This document shows, piece after piece, positions 23,909 through 32,000 of a stretch of DNA of 32,000 nt. The notes under the pieces are model-generated. The model was not told where the DNA came from. It did no database searches and saw nothing but the letters and a program-made list of their open reading frames with translations. The stretch is from the NCBI GenBank assembly GCA_903917345.1, contig CAIXAE010000036.1:43604-75603 (forward strand), in the 5' to 3' direction. Each line of letters opens with the position of its first letter. Position 1 is the first letter of the stretch. Source of the DNA: an uncultured Methylococcaceae bacterium (GTDB taxonomy: Bacteria; Pseudomonadota; Gammaproteobacteria; Methylococcales; Methylomonadaceae). The translations under genes were made by a program, and so were the position numbers.

Positions 23909-24295
23909 ATGCCTAACGATCAATATTATTTCCATGAAACACCTAACTTTATGGAATTAGAGGCTATTAAAAGAGGATGTATCAGTTATGCCACTTACAT
24001 GCACCCTAATCCTATATTTTATAAGTATTACTGGTGGATATTCTGGAGTGGAAGTGCTTGTGAAGGTCTTCAATTTAGAAGCAATGAACATCGTTTATCG
24101 ACAAAAGCCGCTTTCGATTTAATGGATTTATTATCTAAAAAAAAAGAACCCCACATAATATACAACATAAGACTCCCTCGCTTAGGCTCTGATTCCCCCT
24201 TTGATACCAACTCTAAAAGATGGGCTGCAGATACCGAATGGGCGCCCGCTTATGATGATGATACCGACCCGGTTTATAAAGTGGGTTATAAATAA
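23909..24295 (+). CDS. hypothetical small protein (W/Y-rich)
   Basis: AGGAGA at 23897-23902 lies 6 nt upstream of ATG 23909. The ORF track's start at 23885 would overlap the AAA+ stop. No domain recognised. Confidence 0.5.
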   Translation: MPNDQYYFHETPNFMELEAIKRGCISYATYMHPNPIFYKYYWWIFWSGSACEGLQFRSNEHRLSTKAAFDLMDLLSKKKEPHIIYNIRLPRLGSDSPFDTNSKRWAADTEWAPAYDDDTDPVYKVGYK

Positions 24296-24317
24296 TTGAA
24301 CTGTCTGAGTGATTTCT

Positions 24318-25502
24318 TTAAAAATCCATCAACAACCCAGGTATGCCTACACTCTGAATATGCTGGGCATTGGCGCCTTCTTCATACGCCAGTAATGTTT
24401 TATCTTTTTGCCACAATCTAAAAGCCAAGGCATAAGACAACACTCTAATAGGATAATCTCGTGGGAGTTGTTGTAAATAAGGTTGAATTGTAAAAAAATC
24501 AGTGGCGCCGTATTGATCCATAATAAAGCGTAAGCCCCCATTAGTAGGGCCTATGTTGTAAGCCAATAAACCCAAAAAAAGATCATCGTGCATTTGGTGC
24601 AAATAATATTTAAAGGTTGCGGCCGCAAGATAGGCATTATGCCGATGATTCTTTTCTGACAGTTCTTTTTCTGCTAACACTTTAGCCACTTCTGCTCTGA
24701 CTGATTTAGGGGCTTGCGTTATCTGAAATAAGCCCTGCCCGCCATCGGCACTGTCTCTAGGTAAAAAAGACGACTCTGTCGCGGCAATGCCCTGCAATAT
24801 ATTAAGATCGATATCAAAAGCAGTCGCCGCCGCTTTAATCTCTGCGTCATACAATGCGGCTCTTGTTAAGATAACTTTAACTTGTGGCACATCAAAGCGT
24901 CGATAAGCCGCATAAACTTGATGTGCTAACGTGACACGACCGGCCTCTTGTTTACCCCCTAATAACGTACGAAGATGCCCTCTCGCTTGGGATGATTGAT
25001 CCTGAAAAGTTATCCATCCAAACAACACCGCTAAACCGACCGCTAATACGGGCGCACCCCAGATAATAGAATGTCGTTGTAACCAGTGACGTAACCACCA
25101 CCAAACAATCAAAAAAAGTGCCGTTATTAAAATAATGCCCAAAACACCTGCGGCAAAAGGTAATAAACTGGTTAAAAAATGCGTCCCAGAGAACCATGTC
25201 GCTGAATAACCTAACACGATAATAATGGCGGCAATGGCGGCTGTTACCAGCCCTACTATTTCTATAAACAATCCGATTAAGCGATGTCGTAACTTAAGCT
25301 TAGCGTCAGGAAGAGTTGATGTTGACGCTTTAGATACTTTGGTTACTTTAGAGGCTTGAGTGACTGTCTTTTTTGCAGAGACCGCTGATTTTTTAGGGGC
25401 TGATGCTGCCTTATCAGCGGCCTTAGGTTTAGCAACCCTAGGTTTGCTCACTCTTGGCTTGGGTGTTTTGATTGGCTTTGAGGGATTATCTGGCGTATTC
25501 AT
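24318..25502 (-). CDS. membrane-anchored lytic transglycosylase (SLT domain) with a Lys/Ala/Pro-rich N-terminal tail
   Basis: SLT catalytic motif GIAATESSF..GGQGLFQIT..AYNIGP. Four predicted TM helices. N-terminal tail KPIKTPKPRVSKPRVAKPKAADKAASAPKK. Confidence 0.8.
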   Translation of the reverse strand: MNTPDNPSKPIKTPKPRVSKPRVAKPKAADKAASAPKKSAVSAKKTVTQASKVTKVSKASTSTLPDAKLKLRHRLIGLFIEIVGLVTAAIAAIIIVLGYSATWFSGTHFLTSLLPFAAGVLGIILITALFLIVWWWLRHWLQRHSIIWGAPVLAVGLAVLFGWITFQDQSSQARGHLRTLLGGKQEAGRVTLAHQVYAAYRRFDVPQVKVILTRAALYDAEIKAAATAFDIDLNILQGIAATESSFLPRDSADGGQGLFQITQAPKSVRAEVAKVLAEKELSEKNHRHNAYLAAATFKYYLHQMHDDLFLGLLAYNIGPTNGGLRFIMDQYGATDFFTIQPYLQQLPRDYPIRVLSYALAFRLWQKDKTLLAYEEGANAQHIQSVGIPGLLMDF

Positions 25503-26567
25503 CTAGCGCTCTATTGAACCTAATGCTAAATAAGCCACTGCGACCGCGGGTGCACAATCAGCCGGCGTTAAGTCTAAGGGGGTTTCGGTTTGCGAGCATA
25601 ACGCAGAGAAATCACAATAAGAAGCACCGAGCTGTTGAGCGATATCTTTAACTAAAAATCGTCCAATACCTGCACCCACTAATGTTAAGGGTTGTGTAAT
25701 CGTTACATCGCTATGCTTAAGACGATATTCACACGCTTGTTTAATTTTTTGCAGCTGTTGAGTCCGTATATTGTGAGCGAATGCTTGCCAACGGGGCAAG
25801 TCAGACTTCGTAAAATCACTGCCGATCATACGTGATAAGCGTCTGGCACTGGCTACAATTGTTTTTTCTGCGCCATCGGCAGTATCCGTTTGATCATGAT
25901 GCTCGTTAAGCTCACCCGTAACGCGATACACATCAGCCATGGTGGCAAAGTATTCCGCCATTACCCCTATATTTTGCCCGTGATCAATAGCCGTTTGGGC
26001 AACGGCCATCACCGCTGATCTAACAATACCGGTATAAATCAGTTCTTGAGAGACTAAGCGTTGATAATCTGAATAACCTTGCGCCAGCACTTGATCGTTG
26101 TGTAATAACAAAATATCCGTTGTGGTACTGCCTATATCCACAAACAGCCCATTGCTGATTTTCTGGGCTGCAAATGAGGCACTGGCTAACCAATTAGCGG
26201 ATGCCACCGCATCATAATCTGATATTTGTATTTGTGTTGCCTGTATAAAACCTAAAGTCCCTGCATAAATAAGGCAGTTATCCTTGGGCAATAAGCGCTG
26301 TAGGGCCGCGGTTATTTGTTGCACCCCCTCGTGTCTATCTGCGAATAAATCAACCAACTCGCCCGTCATAGTGACAGCATGTTTACATTGATTGACGGGA
26401 GCCTGTTGCAAAATAGTTTTTACAGCGGATTCTAAATGATCTAAGCCTTTCCACAACTGACAGGGTTGTTGATAGACAGCCAGCACTTTGCCAGCCTTAT
26501 CAAGCAACGCCGCTTTAAGATGCGCGCCGCCGACATCCCATCCCAGGATATTAATCTGTTGAACCAT
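25503..26567 (-). CDS. ASKHA-fold hydantoinase/oxoprolinase-family protein of the H4MPT-linked C1-transfer cluster
   Basis: Phosphate-1 motif ILGWDVGGAHLKAA and later FVDIGSTTTDI. The position within the fae/mch cluster matches the conserved methylotroph gene set. Confidence 0.7.
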   Translation of the reverse strand: MVQQINILGWDVGGAHLKAALLDKAGKVLAVYQQPCQLWKGLDHLESAVKTILQQAPVNQCKHAVTMTGELVDLFADRHEGVQQITAALQRLLPKDNCLIYAGTLGFIQATQIQISDYDAVASANWLASASFAAQKISNGLFVDIGSTTTDILLLHNDQVLAQGYSDYQRLVSQELIYTGIVRSAVMAVAQTAIDHGQNIGVMAEYFATMADVYRVTGELNEHHDQTDTADGAEKTIVASARRLSRMIGSDFTKSDLPRWQAFAHNIRTQQLQKIKQACEYRLKHSDVTITQPLTLVGAGIGRFLVKDIAQQLGASYCDFSALCSQTETPLDLTPADCAPAVAVAYLALGSIER

Positions 26568-27606
26568 CCCTCACCTTTAATGTAATAGTTTGCTGCTTTG
26601 TCATATTGAGTCTCGGTTGACCGTCTAATAACGCTAGAATATTCTGCACCCCATTGATCCCTAAGGCTGATTGTATACCCACAAAAGAGGTGGTTAAGCG
26701 CGGATTAATTTCTAATACAAAAGTATGCATGGGCGTTTTTATTAAATCTATTCCCACATAGCCCCATAAATCAGGTATTGCTTGAGCAATCTGGCCGATT
26801 AATTTAATAAACTCATTTTGCTCAGACGATACATTAACGCTGATAGCCTCTAAGTGGTACTGCTGATCATATAGCGTAAAGTGTTGCTGATTAACACTGA
26901 GTAACCACGCTTTACCCGCTTTAAACAAACACGACAAACTGAGTTTTTCGCCCTTTATGTGGGGCTGGATAATGTAGTCACCTCGACTTAAACCCATCTG
27001 CTTAAGGCTATCGATCGTAGGTAGAACATAACTATCCATACACCCTACGCCCGCAACGGGTTTAATAATCCATTGTGTGCACGCTTCTGTACTTATTTCC
27101 TGTAACAACGCATTTAACTGCTGAGGTATATCTTCTGCATCGGGTTGATAGGGCCACGTCGGCACCGTGCTTATTTGATGCTTTTTAAAATGCAAATAGC
27201 TATTAAACTTATTACCTGTTAAAGCAACGGCCGTAGCTGGGGAAGTTAATAACTGTTTTTTAGCGTGTTCAACGATTAAACATAATTTATAGAGTATATC
27301 GTCAAACTCAGGTGCCACAGGCCAAACAGCAGCGCATTGCGCAGTATTGCGTATAAATTCCGTATAACAATCCTGCTCTGAATCAATAATCACCGTAGCA
27401 AAACCCGCTGTATTTATGTGCTGTTGCAGTCGTACATCCAACATCACGACTACAGATACATGAGCGTAATGTGGCTGTTGCATTAAGTCTCGGAAACTCT
27501 CTAACAACGCTTCCAACATTAAGCGCCCCTCTTGCAACAACGACTCGGGCAGGGCTTGCTTATTTAAGCCGCCCCCCGTGATATACTCAAATACTAATAC
27601 ATTCAT
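26551..27606 (-). CDS. ATP-grasp family protein (H4MPT/methanofuran-cofactor-biosynthesis type)
   Basis: MNVLVFEYITGGG N-terminus and a C-terminal ATP-grasp core (WGYVGIDLI..VLEINPRLTTS). Overlaps the downstream gene by 17 nt. Confidence 0.7.
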   Translation of the reverse strand: MNVLVFEYITGGGLNKQALPESLLQEGRLMLEALLESFRDLMQQPHYAHVSVVVMLDVRLQQHINTAGFATVIIDSEQDCYTEFIRNTAQCAAVWPVAPEFDDILYKLCLIVEHAKKQLLTSPATAVALTGNKFNSYLHFKKHQISTVPTWPYQPDAEDIPQQLNALLQEISTEACTQWIIKPVAGVGCMDSYVLPTIDSLKQMGLSRGDYIIQPHIKGEKLSLSCLFKAGKAWLLSVNQQHFTLYDQQYHLEAISVNVSSEQNEFIKLIGQIAQAIPDLWGYVGIDLIKTPMHTFVLEINPRLTTSFVGIQSALGINGVQNILALLDGQPRLNMTKQQTITLKVRDGSTD

Positions 27607-27647
27607 GAACGCATTTTATCATCAGAAGTACGCAAGCCATTTTAACG

Positions 27648-28325
27648 ATGAAAATAATTCCAGTCCTTGATTTAAAAAATGGTTTAGTTGTGCACGCTAA
27701 ACAAGGCATGCGAGACGCCTATCAACCTATTAACACCACCTTATGCCAAGACTCCGACATTTATAAAGTCATTGAAGCCTTTTTATCACTTTATAAATTT
27801 GACACTTTTTATATTGCCGATTTAAATGCCATTACTTTACAAGGTGATCATGATGATTTGATTACAGCGGTAGTGACTGCTTATCCCCAACTACAATTCT
27901 GGGTAGACAGGGGTTATCAAAAAACCCGTGATTATCCCCGTAATTATTTACCCGTATTGGGCAGTGAATGTTTTACGGATACCAACATTGAGGAGCTTAG
28001 AGACTTTAATGAACGTTTTATTCTATCTTTAGATTATGCTCAAGCAGGCGCTTTAGGGGCAAGCAGTATTCTGATAAAACCTGAGTTGTGGCCAGAAACA
28101 GTGATTATCATGACCATGTTTCGGGTGGGTAGTCAATTAGGGCCCGATGTGGATAAATTAAGCACATTCTGTACACAATATCCCCATAAAAAATTTGTTG
28201 CCGCGGGTGGAATAAGAAATATTGCTGACTTACAGTCTATAAAAGCATTAGGTGTGCAACACGCTTTACTAGCCAGCGCCCTACATTCTGGCACGATTAA
28301 TAAAGCTGATATCGCTAATCTTTAG
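27648..28325 (+). CDS. HisA/HisF-family (beta/alpha-barrel) protein of the H4MPT cluster
   Basis: MKIIPVLDLKNGLVVHAKQG start and C-terminal AAGGIRNIADL phosphate-binding motif. Confidence 0.75.
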   Translation: MKIIPVLDLKNGLVVHAKQGMRDAYQPINTTLCQDSDIYKVIEAFLSLYKFDTFYIADLNAITLQGDHDDLITAVVTAYPQLQFWVDRGYQKTRDYPRNYLPVLGSECFTDTNIEELRDFNERFILSLDYAQAGALGASSILIKPELWPETVIIMTMFRVGSQLGPDVDKLSTFCTQYPHKKFVAAGGIRNIADLQSIKALGVQHALLASALHSGTINKADIANL

Positions 28326-28327
28326 GC

Positions 28328-28360
28328 AAAAAAATACCCCGGCAAGCCGAGGTATTTTTA
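28328..28360. terminator. bidirectional intrinsic terminator between the convergent HisA/F-like gene and fae
   Basis: Stem ataccccgg (28334-28342) pairs with ccgaggtat (28347-28355) with one mismatch and a loop of caag. An A-run flanks it on the left and a T-run on the right. A second small hairpin gatgcc-ctaa-ggcatc lies at 28374-28389. Confidence 0.55.
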
Positions 28361-28396
28361 ACACTCTTAAGAAGATGCCCTAAGGCATCAACTCAA

Positions 28397-28915
28397 TTAA
28401 CCCGCTACGTTTGCAGCGAATGGGTGTTTTGCAGTACCTTTAGCAGCAACAACTTCAGCAGCAGTTGGAGTACCCGCTACAGCGCGTTGGATAGCTTCTC
28501 TTGTTGCTTGGTAGTTGAATTTTTCGATTAATGAATCGTCTTCAGCTTGCCAGTGAATGAATACACCAACAGAGATGAATAAATCATCAGCTTCGTCAGC
28601 TGGGATAGTACCGTCTTCAACTGAATCAGCAACAGCCATAGCAACTGCACGTTGTGCTGGGCCAAACATTTGAACAGCTTGTTTTGCGCCTTTGATTGTT
28701 ACTTTGTTGAATAAGATTGTAGCTGGTTTAACTAATAAGTTAGGAGCAACAACTGCTAATAAAGTAGAGAAACCATCTTTGTTGTTAGTTAAAGCTGTTG
28801 CGAATGCAGTTTCAGCAGCTGAACCACGTGGGCCAATGATTAAATCGATGTGAGCGATTTCGTTGCCTTCGCCTACTAAAGATTCGCCTACGCGCATGTT
28901 AGTAATTTTTGCCAT
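28397..28915 (-). CDS. fae: formaldehyde-activating enzyme
   Basis: The full-length 172-aa sequence ([32 protein letters not shown]...FIHWQAEDD) is characteristic of Fae. Confidence 0.95.
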   Translation of the reverse strand: MAKITNMRVGESLVGEGNEIAHIDLIIGPRGSAAETAFATALTNNKDGFSTLLAVVAPNLLVKPATILFNKVTIKGAKQAVQMFGPAQRAVAMAVADSVEDGTIPADEADDLFISVGVFIHWQAEDDSLIEKFNYQATREAIQRAVAGTPTAAEVVAAKGTAKHPFAANVAG

Positions 28916-28997
28916 GTTATAAAATTCCTATTGAAAAAAGTAAAATCGAGATAATTTCGAGCTTTTGTGTGCTACCAACATTATGTTGGAAGATTTT

Positions 28998-29861
28998 TTA
29001 AGAAGAGCTATGTTTAATAGTATCTTCCAAAAATACGGTAAATACGGTTGCAACGGTTAAATCTGCCATCGTACCTGGGTTTAAACCCTGCGATTTAAAC
29101 TCGCTATCGATACTATGCAGCAACGGCAAAGTGAGTTCAGGCCTATCTACTTTAGACAACTCATCTGATAATTGAGTCATCTTAAGCGCTATCATCCCAT
29201 TATACTGACTGCCATATTTTCTTTCGACATGACTATCGGGAAAGCGGCACAATAAACTTACGAATACAACTAATGCAGACCAATCCTGCTTGCACCATTT
29301 CTTATTGGCATTGTAATAGATTGGCAGGGCAAAATCAAAAATATCTTGATAATTTGTAACAAATTGCAAGGCAATTCTATCTCTAAAACTAGCCAAACGC
29401 ATCGCTTCAATTAAATTAATCGATGGCTTTTCAGACACATCAGCTTGATCAGCATTACCTAAACCACCCGGGGACGCCAAACTAATGGCCTTAAACACCC
29501 AATCGGCATCATTTAAAGTCGTGTGACTTAAAACCTGCGCTAAAGCTTGTTGTAGCGACATGTCTGGCGTTTTTATGCCCATCGCTTTAATTAATGGCGC
29601 ACATAACAATAAAATACCTAAATTAGTATTGCACCCTACCGCTTCCCGCGTGGCTTTAACGGCGTAATATATTTTTTCACCTAAGGTGTAATCCGGGTTA
29701 CATAAGGCAAAAGCACTGACTTTAGCACTGATTCTAAAGTCTTCTACCGTCATATCATGACCATCAGCATAAACACTGACATTACCCGGTTTAAAAGCTT
29801 GCAACTCCACTTCGCAGGCTTGTTGATACAAATCACTCATTAAATTTGGAGAAATACTCAT
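28998..29861 (-). CDS. triphosphoribosyl-dephospho-CoA synthase (CitG/MdcB)-like protein, H4MPT-cluster type
   Basis: EVELQAFKPGNVS..GCNTNLGILLL..ASPGGLG motifs. Position between the RimK-like gene and fae, as in methylotroph H4MPT clusters. Confidence 0.8.
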   Translation of the reverse strand: MSISPNLMSDLYQQACEVELQAFKPGNVSVYADGHDMTVEDFRISAKVSAFALCNPDYTLGEKIYYAVKATREAVGCNTNLGILLLCAPLIKAMGIKTPDMSLQQALAQVLSHTTLNDADWVFKAISLASPGGLGNADQADVSEKPSINLIEAMRLASFRDRIALQFVTNYQDIFDFALPIYYNANKKWCKQDWSALVVFVSLLCRFPDSHVERKYGSQYNGMIALKMTQLSDELSKVDRPELTLPLLHSIDSEFKSQGLNPGTMADLTVATVFTVFLEDTIKHSSS

Positions 29862-30748
29862 GCTTGCATATGCCGCTTGACTAAATCATCCGCTAAAAGC
29901 TGTGCGATGTTTACATCACACACACTTTCTAAGCCTTTCCAAGCCGGAATGCTATTCACTTCTATGACGGTATAACGACCGTCCTTATCTTTAATAATAT
30001 CAACGCCTGCATAATCCATAGCCAAAGTAGCTGTAGCTTTAACAGCCAGCTCAGCCAATTCAGTTTCAATCTCTATCAATTCGCAAGTAGCTCCCCTAGC
30101 GACATTATTTAACCAAGATTTGCCCCGTCTACGCATTGCAGCAACAGCCAGTCCATTAATAACGAATACTCGAATATCAGAGAAACCCTCACCGGCGCAA
30201 TGCACAAAGCGCTGTAAATAATACACACCTCGACTACTCGTTAACCACATCAAATCGGTCATTTTCTCAATACGCCTAATCCCTGCACCTTGAGAGCCAA
30301 ACAAGGGTTTACTGATTAACAAATGCCCTGAGCGTAATTCGTTCTCTGCTATCGCTAACGCTTCATCTCGATCTCTTAACACCCAGGTTAAAGGTGTGGG
30401 TAAGCCCGCATTTTGTAATAAAAAGCTAGTCATGCCTTTATCAACACTGCGCTCTACCGCATGACCGTCGTTATACACCGGCACTTTCATTAACTTTAAA
30501 GCATGCAGAAAGTCTAAGTACAACACCACTTCTTCTAAAGATCCCCCAGGCACGCCGCGCACAAAGACGGCATCAGGCAAATCATGCTCAAAGCCAGGTA
30601 TAACTATTGGATTTCTTCCTGCTTTAATAGCAAACCGACACTCGGTTAAAGATACAAAGTCACTTTCGTAGCCGTGATTCGCAAAAGCGGTTCTTAATTG
30701 TCTGCCGTGCCAACCGGGATCATCTGTAAAAATTGCAATTCGACCCAT
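29858..30748 (-). CDS. RimK-family ATP-grasp alpha-L-glutamate ligase (MptN-like)
   Basis: RimK-type motifs (ISKPLFGSQGAGI, YLQRFV, DYAGVDII..VIEVNSIPAWKG). ATGA overlap with the downstream CitG-like gene. Confidence 0.85.
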   Translation of the reverse strand: MGRIAIFTDDPGWHGRQLRTAFANHGYESDFVSLTECRFAIKAGRNPIVIPGFEHDLPDAVFVRGVPGGSLEEVVLYLDFLHALKLMKVPVYNDGHAVERSVDKGMTSFLLQNAGLPTPLTWVLRDRDEALAIAENELRSGHLLISKPLFGSQGAGIRRIEKMTDLMWLTSSRGVYYLQRFVHCAGEGFSDIRVFVINGLAVAAMRRRGKSWLNNVARGATCELIEIETELAELAVKATATLAMDYAGVDIIKDKDGRYTVIEVNSIPAWKGLESVCDVNIAQLLADDLVKRHMQA

Positions 30749-30749
30749 C

Positions 30750-31100
30750 TTAAAACTGAATATCCCAGCGACGAAGTAAAGGCAGCATTAAAAAATAAGC
30801 AACCGCAGTTGCTGTAACAGAAATGCCAAGACTTAACCAAAAAGCTAATCCTTGTTTAATCATTAGAGGAAAAATCAAGAAAAATACCAAAGAAGGTAAC
30901 ACCAACCAAAACACAGCGCTGCATAAACCGGCGATATCTGAGACAGATGAACCATCAAGCCTCATCCACAACATTGCCATTAAGGTCGTTAATGGCAATG
31001 AAGCAATAAGGGCCGCAAAAAGACTATGGCGCTTAGCCAGTTCTGAAATTAAGACGATTAATACCGCAGAAACCAATACCTTGATCGCGTAAAAAAGCAT
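30750..31100 (-). CDS. small 4-TM membrane protein (DUF3147-like)
   Basis: 116 aa, almost entirely hydrophobic helices. Sits tightly between mch and the RimK-like gene. Confidence 0.6.
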   Translation of the reverse strand: MLFYAIKVLVSAVLIVLISELAKRHSLFAALIASLPLTTLMAMLWMRLDGSSVSDIAGLCSAVFWLVLPSLVFFLIFPLMIKQGLAFWLSLGISVTATAVAYFLMLPLLRRWDIQF

Positions 31101-31109
31101 TATTTGGGC

Positions 31110-32000
31110 TTATAGTCCAAATGATTGATCTAATAAAGCATTGTCTAATTGACCGGCTCTAAAACTTTTACCTGATTCCACAGCCGTTACAATCACACTA
31201 GCGGGGCTGAACAACATAGCATCAATCTTAAAGAAGTCGTATTCATATTGTTTAAAAATTTCAGCAAACGGTTTGCCATAATCTTTAGAGGTTGAGCTAG
31301 GTAATTCTTTAGCCAATTTCTCTGCGTCTGCATCGCTACCTTTTACAAACAAATGCACTTGGCCGGCAAATAAAATCGCATCATTTGTACGACCCATGGC
31401 TTTCACAAAGTTGGGGTGTGGAGGACAAATAGGTGCGCTACCGCTACCATCAACAATATTCTCTAATGGAAAATGCAAAGCATGCGCTTTATGCATCGCT
31501 ACTTCTAAGACTCTAGCCACCACTTGCACGCCACCCGCTAAACTAGAAGTCGGCGTGACAATAATCGTTAATTTAGAAGGCTCTATTTGGCAAGCTGCCG
31601 CTACTTTTTCAATAATAGCTAACGGTGGAATCGCATCATTCTCAATCACTAAGGCAGTCGTCTCAAATTTATCCGCATAAGCTAACTCTTTATATAACTC
31701 TTCTACTGGCTCTTCTTGTCCGTCTTTAAGTTTTTTTGCCATCGCTCTAGCGGGGCCAGAACCTAAAGCATAATACTTTTCATGAGATAAGCTCCAGCCC
31801 GCATATTGACTGCCTAAACAACCCAATACGGGGTTACCTGTGTGCACATTAACCGACAAAGGCCAGTTTTGAGTATAAGCACTATGACTGATAGACACTG
31901 TTCCCATACCGCCTAAACAGATCTCAGCAATAATTCGACCCGCTTCAAGACCACCAGGCACATTGATACCGGCATCAATAACCGTACAACCATTTTCCAA
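31110..32000 (-). CDS. mch: methenyl-tetrahydromethanopterin cyclohydrolase (5' end beyond the window)
   Basis: [29 protein letters not shown]... matches Mch. The ORF runs off the right edge, so the N-terminal ~30-40 aa are missing. Confidence 0.9.
   Translation of the reverse strand: MENGCTVIDAGINVPGGLEAGRIIAEICLGGMGTVSISHSAYTQNWPLSVNVHTGNPVLGCLGSQYAGWSLSHEKYYALGSGPARAMAKKLKDGQEEPVEELYKELAYADKFETTALVIENDAIPPLAIIEKVAAACQIEPSKLTIIVTPTSSLAGGVQVVARVLEVAMHKAHALHFPLENIVDGSGSAPICPPHPNFVKAMGRTNDAILFAGQVHLFVKGSDADAEKLAKELPSSTSKDYGKPFAEIFKQYEYDFFKIDAMLFSPASVIVTAVESGKSFRAGQLDNALLDQSFGL

Noticed and set aside
1-32000. Search for tRNA, rRNA, integrase or transposase genes, IS ends and att-like direct repeats flanking the island.
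   Set aside because: I found none by eye. Long-range direct repeats cannot be excluded without a computational self-alignment.

Overview
AT-rich window, probably from a methylotrophic or methanotrophic proteobacterium (inferred from gene content). The right quarter (about 24.3-32 kb) is a conserved H4MPT-linked formaldehyde-oxidation cluster: mch, a RimK-like ligase, a CitG-like protein, fae, a HisA/F-like protein, an ATP-grasp protein and an ASKHA/hydantoinase-like protein, plus a membrane-anchored lytic transglycosylase. The left 24 kb looks like a mosaic conflict/defence-type island, and I saw no integrase, transposase, tRNA or CRISPR in it. Its parts are: (i) an OmpA-like gene followed by three tandem DUF4407-like membrane coiled-coil paralogues, the middle one carrying an inserted caspase (C14) domain. 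(ii) A convergent, ATGA-coupled pair of a SLOG-like protein and a DUF4062(TIR-like)-NACHT-TPR protein. (iii) A decayed stretch with a Uma2 fragment, a TPR stub and orphan AT-rich ORFs. (iv) An operon of Hanks kinase -> 2TM channel-like/2x Rossmann/RyR-domain protein -> TIR-STAND-TPR. (v) An unexplained non-coding array of 29 degenerate 20-bp units in perfect register, immediately upstream of that operon. (vi) An FtsK-gamma wHTH gene, an N6-methyltransferase-like gene with degenerate catalytic motifs, and an FN3-like gene. (vii) A divergently transcribed PPP-family phosphatase, a double AAA+ ATPase and a small ORF, with a 14-bp perfect inverted repeat in the shared promoter region. The candidates I rate most novel are the kinase/RyR-channel/TIR-STAND operon, the 20-bp array next to it, and the DUF4407/caspase membrane module. 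All domain calls come from motif recognition by eye, not from HMM searches.
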